Shown: one piece after another, positions 49,531 through 57,441 of the stretch
Layout: every line of letters starts with the position of its first letter
Numbering within the stretch: position 1 is the stretch's first letter
NCBI GenBank assembly: GCA_963847185.1
Contig: CAWJYV010000009.1
Location: forward strand, 1 to 57,441
Length of the DNA stretch: 57,441 nt
Reading direction: 5' to 3'
DNA from: an uncultured Methanosarcinaceae archaeon
Lineage (GTDB): Archaea; Halobacteriota; Methanosarcinia; Methanosarcinales; Methanosarcinaceae
The notes under the pieces: generated by a model
Database searches by the model: none
What the model was told of the DNA's origin: nothing
What the model saw: the letters and a program-made list of their open reading frames with translations, nothing else
Position numbers and translations under genes: made by a program

Positions 49531-52500
49531 GCACCATTGGCAAGCCAGAACGCGCCACGCAGGACAGGATCATCTCCCTTTTCCACGATGAGCTTGACTA
49601 TCGCTTCCTCGGAAACTGGATTGACCGGGACGACAACAGCAACATAGAGGAAGAATTACTGACCTCCTACCTCAAAAAGAACGGTTACACTTCCACCCAG
49701 ATCGGCGTAGCGTTCTATAAATTGCGTATCGAGGCAAACAGCCACAGCCGAAGCCTTTACGGCAACAATCAGGCCTTCTACAGCTTGCTGCGCTATGGCG
49801 TCCCTGTAAAAACTGAGGCAGGCAAGGTTACGGAAAGTGTCTATCTTATAAACTGGCAGGAGCCGGAGAAGAACGATTTTGCCATAGCCGAGGAAGTAAC
49901 TCTCAGGGGTAACCGCGAGCGTCGGCCTGATATTGTGCTCTATGTAAACGGAATCGCCGTTGGTGTGCTGGAGCTGAAAAACAGTCGCGTGACTATTGGT
50001 GACGGAATCCGCCAGAGCCTGTCCAACCAGAAGCCGGAATTCAATGAATGGTTCTTCAGCACAGTGCAGTTTATTTTTGCAGGCAATGATTCCGAGGGCT
50101 TGAAATATGGAGCTATTGGCACGCCTGAGAAGTATTTCCTTGAGTGGAAGGAAGATGAAAACGATAATAGCCGCTTCAAGCTTGACAAATACCTGCTCAA
50201 GATGTGCAATAAAAAGCGGCTCATAGAACTTATGCACGATTTTGTGCTCTTTGACGGCGGCGTGAAAAAGCTGCCACGGGTTCACCAGTATTTCGCTATC
50301 AAGGCAGCGCAGAAACATGTAAGGCAGCACAGGGGAGGTATTATCTGGCACACGCAGGGAAGTGGGAAAAGCATTGTCATGGTACTGCTGGCCAGGTGGA
50401 TACTGGAGAACAACTCCAACGCCAGGGTGGTCATAGTTACGGACCGCGACGAGCTGGATAAGCAGATAGAAGGCATCTTCATTGACGCAGGAGAGGCTAT
50501 CAAACGCACTACCAGCGGCCGTGAACTTATGAGCAAGCTCGGCCAGGCTAAACCGCGTCTGATATGTTCCCTGGTCCACAAATTCGGACGTAAGGGTGCA
50601 AACGACTTCGATGCGTTCATCAGGGAGCTTGAATCCCAGCCCAGCAAAACCGTAGGTGAGGTTTTTGTCTTTGTGGACGAGTGCCACCGCACGCAGAGCG
50701 GGAAACTGCACCGGGCTATGAAGGCGATTATGCCAAATGCTGTCTTCATCGGTTTTACAGGTACGCCGCTACTCAAAAAGGATAAGCAGACCAGTCTGGA
50801 GGTTTTCGGCGGCTACATTCACACTTACAAGTTCAGCGAAGCGGTGGAGGATAAAGTGATCCTCGACCTGATCTATGAAGCACGCGACATCGACCAGCGC
50901 CTTGGCTCCGAACAAAAAATCGATGCCTGGTTTGACGCAAAAACCAGAGGACTTAACGACTGGCAGAAAGATGAACTTAAAAAAAATTGGGGCACCAAGC
51001 AGAAGGTTCTCAGTTCACGCTCGCGCATGGAAAAGGTGGTAAGCGACATCATCTTCGATTTCAGTGTAAAGCCTCGCCTGTCCAATGAACGCGGCAATGC
51101 CATTCTTGTAGCTTCAAGTATCTTCGAAGCCTGCAAATACTTCACTCTGTTCCAGAAGACACCTTTCAAGGGCAGATGCGCCGTGGTAACCTCCTACAAC
51201 CCGCAGGCTCAGGATGTAACAAAGGAAGATACAGGCGCTAACACCGAGACGGAAAAAGAGTTCATCTACAACACCTACACTGAATTGCTCAAAGATATCG
51301 AAACCAATCCAGGGAATGACAAAAACAGAGACCTATGAGGAAAAAGCCAAGTCCCTTTTCACCAAAGAACCTGCGAACATGAAGCTGCTTATCGTTGTGG
51401 ACAAGTTGCTGACAGGTTTTGATGCCCCTCCCTGTACCTATCTCTACATAGACAAATCAATGCAGGACCACGGTCTGTTCCAGGCGATCTGCCGTACTAA
51501 CCGGCTGGATGGAGAAGACAAGGATTTTGGTTATATTGTGGACTATAAAGACCTTTTTAAGAATCTGGTTAACGATAAAGGAACCGGAGCACTTCAGGTT
51601 TATTCCTCAGAGCTTGACCACAGCGCCGACGGTGCCAATCCGGAAGTGCTGATGCAGGACCGCCTGAAAAAAGGTCGGGAACGTCTTGATAACGCCCTGG
51701 AAACCCTTGCGCTGTTATGCGAACCAGTTGAGCCTCCAAAAGGTGAGCTGGAACACATTCACTACTTCTGCGGGAATACGGAAATCCCAACTGACCTCCA
51801 GGAACATGAAACGCAGCGCGCTGCTCTCTACAAGGCTACTGCTTCGCTGGTTCGTGCCTACGCCAACATTGCCGACGAACTGGAAGCTGCAGAATACAGC
51901 AGTTCGGACATCTCTCGCATTAAGCAACAGCTGGACTATTATCTGAATATCCGCGAAATCATCCGCAGGGCCAGTGGTGAAAGCCTTGACCTGAAAGCTT
52001 ACGAAGCTGATATGCGCCATCTTATCGATACTTATATCGAAGCAGCCGAGCCCAGAAAGGTCTCATCCTTTGAAGATATTCCCCTGCTGGACCTGATTGT
52101 AAAAACAGGTATTGACAAAGCCATTGAAACCCAGCTCAGTGGACTTCAGGGTAACAAAAACGCTGTGGCAGAGACTATCGAGAACAACGTCCGCAGCAAA
52201 ATAATTAAAGAACACCTGAACGATCCGGCTTATTATGAGAAGATGTCAGCCCTACTGGATGAAATAATAGCAGCCAGGAAGGCTAAAGCCATCGAGTATG
52301 AAGAGTATTTAAAAAAGATTGCGGATCTGGTAAATAAGGTGGAAGCCGGACACGCTGACGATATCTCTGAGGTGCTGAAGAAAAGCCCTGCACTAAGAGC
52401 ACTTTACAACAACCTGCAAAATCCCGGGATAAATTCTCCGAATCTGGCAAAGGAAAGTGGGGAATACATAGTCACCAGCGATCAGGTTCTTGACCTGGCA

Positions 52501-52659
52501 CTGAAGATCGATGAAACAGTAAAGAAGGTTAAATCCGATGATTGGCGCGGTGTTGAACCTAGAGAGCGTGGGATCAAGCACGCCTTATACGACATTCTGC
52601 ATGATGTAGCGGAGGTAGAGCGTATCTTCATCATCATTAAGGCACAAAAGGAATATTGA
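49527..52659 (+). CDS. hsdR: Type I R-M restriction subunit, one +1 frameshift near 51311
   Basis: RPDIVLYVNGI..ELK, HTQGSGKS, DECHR, FTGTP, LLTGFD, QAICRTNR; extra G in CCAGGGAATG joins the two ORFs when removed. Confidence 0.9.
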
Positions 52660-53375
52660 TGACTACGCAGATCAAGCTAGGAGATATCACAGTAGACGTG
52701 GTCTTCAAGGATATCAAGAACATTCACCTGAGCGTGTACCCTCCGGCAGGCAGGGTCAAGATATCTGCTCCCTTGCGCATGAATATTGATACTATTCGTG
52801 TTTTTGCAATTTCCAAGCTGGGATGGATCAAACAGCAACAGAAAAAGTTCCAGGACCAGGAACGTGAAACTCCGCGTGAGTATCTGGATCTTGAAAGCCA
52901 TTATGTGTGGGGAAAACGCTATTTGCTTAAAATTATCGAAGTAAACGAAGCGCCATCTATTGAATTAAAACATAATAATATGATCCTGCGAGTGCGACCC
53001 GGAGCGGATGATAAAAAGAAGCAAGATATTATTGATGCATGGTATCGCGAGCAGCTCAAGAAAGCTGTGCCATCGTTAATTGCCAAGTGGGAACCACTAC
53101 TGGGAGTGAAGGTAGAGAGATTCTTTGTACAACGGATGAAAACTAAATGGGGAAGCTGTAACCACAAAGCACATAACATTAGACTCAATACTGAGCTTGC
53201 CAAGAAACCAAAAGATTGTCTCGAATACACCATTGTACATGAAATGACACATCTGCTGGAGCCGACACATAATTCTCGTTTTATTTCATTAATGGACCAG
53301 TTTATGCCAAAATGGCAATTCTGCAGGGCTAAATTAAATCAGTTACCTGTCAGCCATGAGAATTGGATTTATTGA
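52659..53375 (+). CDS. M48/YgjP (DUF45) family zinc metalloprotein
   Basis: MKTKWGSC, IVHEMTHL, HNSRF; common companion of type I R-M loci. Confidence 0.88.
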   Translation: MTTQIKLGDITVDVVFKDIKNIHLSVYPPAGRVKISAPLRMNIDTIRVFAISKLGWIKQQQKKFQDQERETPREYLDLESHYVWGKRYLLKIIEVNEAPSIELKHNNMILRVRPGADDKKKQDIIDAWYREQLKKAVPSLIAKWEPLLGVKVERFFVQRMKTKWGSCNHKAHNIRLNTELAKKPKDCLEYTIVHEMTHLLEPTHNSRFISLMDQFMPKWQFCRAKLNQLPVSHENWIY

Positions 53376-53444
53376 TATAATTTCCGGGTTAAAGAAACAA
53401 GTTTTGAGATAAAATCAATAAGCGATTTTTTGCTATTTCTTGTT

Positions 53445-53770
53445 TTGGGGGTCATCTATAGTTATGTGGTTAATGTTTTCAGGATTCTTTTTTCCTGTGC
53501 TAGAAATCCTATGTTTTGTGAATCAAACCTACATTCTGCAGATGTACACAGATGCATAATCAATTTGCCGATTTGCCCAATGTTACTGGTTAAAAATAAG
53601 ACGAGCTTTTAACTCATAGCTCAATTGAGAAAATCGATGGCTTTTTTGTGTACATCTGTGGAAAGCAAAGCATGTTTACCATAACCTACTGAATTGCAAA
53701 AAAGACATAGTGCGATATTAAGAGTGGTTTTGGAAATAACATCAACCAACTAATAGTGCACGACCAGCTT
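53445..53770. repeat. Diverged direct repeat, right of the R-M locus, with internal insertion
   Basis: Matches 44665-44880, interrupted by an IR-bounded segment at 53534-53663. Confidence 0.72.
53534..53663. mobile_element. MITE-like insertion, about 130 bp
   Basis: TTCTGCAGATGTACACA ... TGTGTACATCTGTGGAA (15/17 IR); absent from the left repeat copy. Confidence 0.6.
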
Positions 53771-53860
53771 TTTTGACAGTTCATATGTTTTCCATTTTTT
53801 GACAGCTCATATTCCTGATTTTTATATGCCGGGAACAATTATAAAACAGGAGTTTTGAGT

Positions 53861-54739
53861 ATGGCAGTTGTTGGACTTTCAAGAAATAGGGATACCCTTG
53901 AATCCGTGAAAACAGCAGTGGAACTTGCAGGAGGGCTTGGAATAAAAGCAGGGGATACTGTAATGATACGGCCGAATGCAAATACTGCAGACCTGCCTCC
54001 TGGATCTACAAACCCGGAGGTATTGAGGGGAGCTATCATCGAAGTGAAGAAATGTAAACCGGGAAAAATCATTGTGGCTGAAAAGTCGATGAGTTCCCTG
54101 GACACAGAGAAAGTGCTCAGGAAGCTAGGGCTCTGGCAGGTTGCAGAGGAAGAAGAAGTAGATGAAATCCTGACTTTTGACCGCATGAAGAGACGACATG
54201 TGGAGCCTGAAGGGGCATATTCCTGGCCGTATGGCTTTGATGTGCCTGAGTTTTTAGAATTAGTTGACTACACAATAGCCCTGCCTGTGATCAAAACTCA
54301 CTGGACTGCAACATTTACTATGGGGCTCAAGTCTCAGATAAGTATCACCTCAGACAGAGACAGACGGCAGCTTCCGCATGGACAGAACTGGGATGTGATT
54401 TTCGGAAATATGATTGCTGAGTCAAACCTTGTTCACATGCCTGACTTTTATATCTCGGACGCTACGAAATGCTTTGTTACTGAAGGGCCCAATGTAGGAA
54501 CTTTGAGTGAGCCTGAAATTGTACTGGCAAGTTCGGATGTTATTGCAAACGATGCCGTGGGTCTTGCCCTTCTAAAAACTCTGGGCACGGTTCCAAAAAT
54601 CCAGAACCGCTCTATCTGGACACAGCCCCAGATCAAAAGGGCTGTAGAACTTGGATTAGGGGTGAAGAACAGGGAAGAGATTGAAGTAAAGAGTTCCGGT
54701 GTCGAGGAAATCGAAGAAATTATTGCCAATCTTGCTTAA
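53861..54739 (+). CDS. DUF362 domain protein
   Basis: VMIRPN..STNPEV, LPVIKTH..TMGLK, SSDVIAND. Confidence 0.82.
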   Translation: MAVVGLSRNRDTLESVKTAVELAGGLGIKAGDTVMIRPNANTADLPPGSTNPEVLRGAIIEVKKCKPGKIIVAEKSMSSLDTEKVLRKLGLWQVAEEEEVDEILTFDRMKRRHVEPEGAYSWPYGFDVPEFLELVDYTIALPVIKTHWTATFTMGLKSQISITSDRDRRQLPHGQNWDVIFGNMIAESNLVHMPDFYISDATKCFVTEGPNVGTLSEPEIVLASSDVIANDAVGLALLKTLGTVPKIQNRSIWTQPQIKRAVELGLGVKNREEIEVKSSGVEEIEEIIANLA

Positions 54740-54974
54740 AACTGAAAAATGAAGCTGCCAGATAAAATATCGGGATTTTAGAGGCTTTATTTATCTTTTT
54801 TCTCTTTTCAAGTCCCCGTTCTTACCATTTTATTAAGGTTTGCTGAGTTTAAGGCTATCCTTCCTTTCTGTTCTCATCTTCCTATCCCGAGCTTTCAACG
54901 ACTATGCAAATATGCTCGAATATTACCATAATTTATTTATTTTCGACAGCCCCATACTTAAAGGGGTATTTACC

Positions 54975-55181
54975 ATGAAATGTGAAGCTTGTGGAGCAGA
55001 AAGCGAAGGAAGATATTGCACAACATGTGGTCCTATAATGGATCAAGTTATCAGAGAAGTCGGGGAAAAACGCTGGGCAGCAATCGATGATTGCTCGTTT
55101 ATCTACCCGCTTGTTCAGCGTGTAAGTAAAGGAGAACTTACAGTCCATGATATAATCCAGTCCCTTGAAGTGGAAGACTGA
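54975..55181 (+). CDS. Small zinc-ribbon protein
   Basis: MKCEACG..YCTTC; AGGGG upstream. Confidence 0.7.
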   Translation: MKCEACGAESEGRYCTTCGPIMDQVIREVGEKRWAAIDDCSFIYPLVQRVSKGELTVHDIIQSLEVED

Positions 55182-55521
55182 TTTTCTGAAGGCTCAGAAT
55201 TTCAAGTCTTAGTGCCCATAAGAAGGATTTGAGCCTGTTTTTTGCCTGATACGTTTAATCAAGCTGGTTTTTGTTCAGGTTAGTTGAGGAACCGACTTTG
55301 TTTCTGTTGGCTCCTTGCTTGAGATTTTTAAAAAGAATAAGGGTAAAGTTTTAAGCCAGGTTTCAGGGCTAAATTCTAAGAATTAATTTTTAAAATCAAG
55401 TCAGAAGTATTTTAGCCTGAGGCTTCTTGCAGTAGGGGCGCAAGCCTTAAAGTTATATCTCTTTAGCTTTAATATTATCTTGTTGAGCAGTTTTTCCTGC
55501 TATCAGGAACAGGTGCCGTAC

Positions 55522-56106
55522 ATGAATAGAAAGGCCAGTACAGTTGTTTTGATATTCTTGCTTGCAGGGATGCTTTTGATTTCGGGATGTATTCAAAATG
55601 AAAAAGCCGATAAATCTACAAATGAAGAAGCTCCCGATACTGGCAAAGGGGATGAAAAGATGGACATTCAGGACATAAAGGTATTTAGCGGTGCATTTGA
55701 ATCTAACGGTACTATACCTAGAAAGTACACCTGTAAGGGGGAGAACATAAACCCGCCTCTGGAATTTGAAGGCATTCCTGAAGAGGCTGAGAGTTTAGTG
55801 CTTATATTGGATGATCCTGACGCTCCTATGAAGATATTCACTCACTGGATTGTCTGGAATATAGAACCTATTGCGAAAATAGAAGAAGACAGCATACCTG
55901 GGGTTGAGGGAATAAATGATTTCAGAAAAATAGGATATGGTGGCCCGTGCCCTCCTTCAGGTACACACAGGTATTTCTTCAGAGTTTATGCTCTGGATAA
56001 GCAGCTTGATCTAAAAGCAGGGGCAGGAAGAAAAGAACTTGAAAGCGAGATGACAGGGCATATCATTGCTGAAGGAGAATTAATGGGAAAATGCAGTAAG
56101 GCCTGA
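55522..56106 (+). CDS. YbhB/YbcL (PEBP/RKIP-like) lipoprotein
   Basis: Lipobox LLISGC; DDPDAP, FTHWIVWN, YGGPCPPSGTHRY. Confidence 0.9.
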   Translation: MNRKASTVVLIFLLAGMLLISGCIQNEKADKSTNEEAPDTGKGDEKMDIQDIKVFSGAFESNGTIPRKYTCKGENINPPLEFEGIPEEAESLVLILDDPDAPMKIFTHWIVWNIEPIAKIEEDSIPGVEGINDFRKIGYGGPCPPSGTHRYFFRVYALDKQLDLKAGAGRKELESEMTGHIIAEGELMGKCSKA

Positions 56107-56184
56107 ACTTCTAATACGTAACACACAAAATACGTAACACACAATCAATTTTACAATTATTATGATTACCAGAGGGGGAAGATA

Positions 56185-56751
56185 GTGGAAGAAAGAATAA
56201 AAACCGAACAGAGAAGCAAAACATCCAGGCAGGACGAAGACCCATTCGAAAATCCTGAGGAAGGCCTGGAAAAAGCCACTTTTGCAGCAGGCTGCTTCTG
56301 GGGAATTGAAGCCGCTTTTCGCCAGGTTAAGGGCGTGGTTGCAACTGCTGTTGGCTACAGTGGAGGGCATTTTGAGCGTCCTACTTACGAACAGGTCTGC
56401 ACCCTTAATACAGGGCATGCAGAGGCTATAAGGGTAATTTTCGACCCTGAGGTGGTCTCGTATGAGACTTTGCTTGACGTCTTCTGGAAGATCCACGACC
56501 CGACAACAAAAGATCGACAGGGGCCTGATGTAGGGGAACAATATCGTTCCGTAATCTTTTACCATAATGACGAGCAAAAAGAAGCTGCTCTTGCCTCAAA
56601 AGAAAGACTTGAGAAGTCAGGAGCTTTTAAAAATCCGATAGTGACTGAGATTGCGCCGATTTCCGCTTTCTATATGGCTGAAGATTATCACCAGCAGTAT
56701 TTTGAAAAGAAGGGCTTCCTGCACAGCATTCTCAGAGGCTTGAAAAAATAA
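56185..56751 (+). CDS. msrA: Peptide-methionine (S)-S-oxide reductase
   Basis: [32 protein letters not shown]. Confidence 0.95.
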   Translation: MEERIKTEQRSKTSRQDEDPFENPEEGLEKATFAAGCFWGIEAAFRQVKGVVATAVGYSGGHFERPTYEQVCTLNTGHAEAIRVIFDPEVVSYETLLDVFWKIHDPTTKDRQGPDVGEQYRSVIFYHNDEQKEAALASKERLEKSGAFKNPIVTEIAPISAFYMAEDYHQQYFEKKGFLHSILRGLKK

Positions 56752-57441
56752 GTTCTGATTTGAAAAAAGAGTCCTGATAAGTAAGAAGATCCTTAATAAT
56801 AGGGCATTCCAGAGATCTTTAAAAATCTATTAAATGAAATAATAACACGATATTTTTTATTCTTTTTTATTTTGCATGTTTATTAGATTTAGAGCGTAAA
56901 CATTACTATTCTGGAGCCCGCATACCCAGGCATTATTCCCATTAGTGACTCATTTTTATTATGATGTCTTGAACCCCAAAACTCAAAATTTGTTTCATTT
57001 AATTTCATCTTCTAGATAATTAATTATGCTTCATATTATGAAAATACCTGAAAATCCAGATCATTTGTCAATAAAATGATCTTAGAATAGGTTTTTCCAT
57101 TAATTTCCCATCAACATAGAAAGTTCAAAAAAGAACAGTAAGAATGAAAATTTCATTGAGATATTCTTATATATTATTGAATAATTTTAAGGGACAGGAG
57201 TTCTATCACTCTAAAAAACAGTAAAACGGAAAAATGGAAAAACGGAAAAACGGTTTTCCAGTACTCTGACACCCAAAAATTAACGAATCTACCTTTAAGC
57301 TATTTTTTTACAAATTTTTGGTATTTTTGCTTTTCATATCTTCTGGTATTTTCTTTATAGATCAAGCCAGTTGATTTTATTTGTTACCTACAACCAGATT
57401 GATCAACAATAATCGATTGCAGCCTAGTGATGTCTATTTTA

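Noticed and set aside
49656-50711. 351-aa antisense ORF
   Set aside because: Shadow of hsdR on the opposite strand; no recognisable motifs

Overview
Methanosarcina-like (Methanosarcinaceae) chromosomal window; the genus is inferred from gene content and repeats. Core housekeeping blocks (aconitase large subunit, hisE, NOG1 GTPase, aminotransferase, hxlB/phi, Era-like GTPase + DUF2073, PhoU, aroK, chorismate mutase, purE, UbiB kinase, lon, MgtE pair, msrA) alternate with three accessory zones. (1) 1.3-4.7 kb: a cluster of palindromic REP-like repeats and three copies of an unannotated 83-88 nt candidate small RNA with its own TATA box, a covarying 10-bp closing stem and a C-rich loop; a fourth copy lies at 23.3 kb. 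(2) 23.8-35.7 kb: a non-canonical nitrogenase-like (group IV, Mar/Nfl-type) D-K pair and a separate NifH-like gene. They are 6 kb apart but share an identically spaced two-site upstream motif, and they enclose a mercury-methylation hgcC-like/hgcA/hgcB operon, a HepT/MntA toxin-antitoxin pair, an IS630 and pseudogenes. (3) 45.8-53.4 kb: a type I R-M locus plus an M48/YgjP gene between diverged direct repeats. Several single-base frameshifts (NifD-like gene, hsdM, hsdR) may be assembly errors. No rRNA, tRNA or CRISPR array was seen. All calls come from motif recognition by eye; no searches were run.
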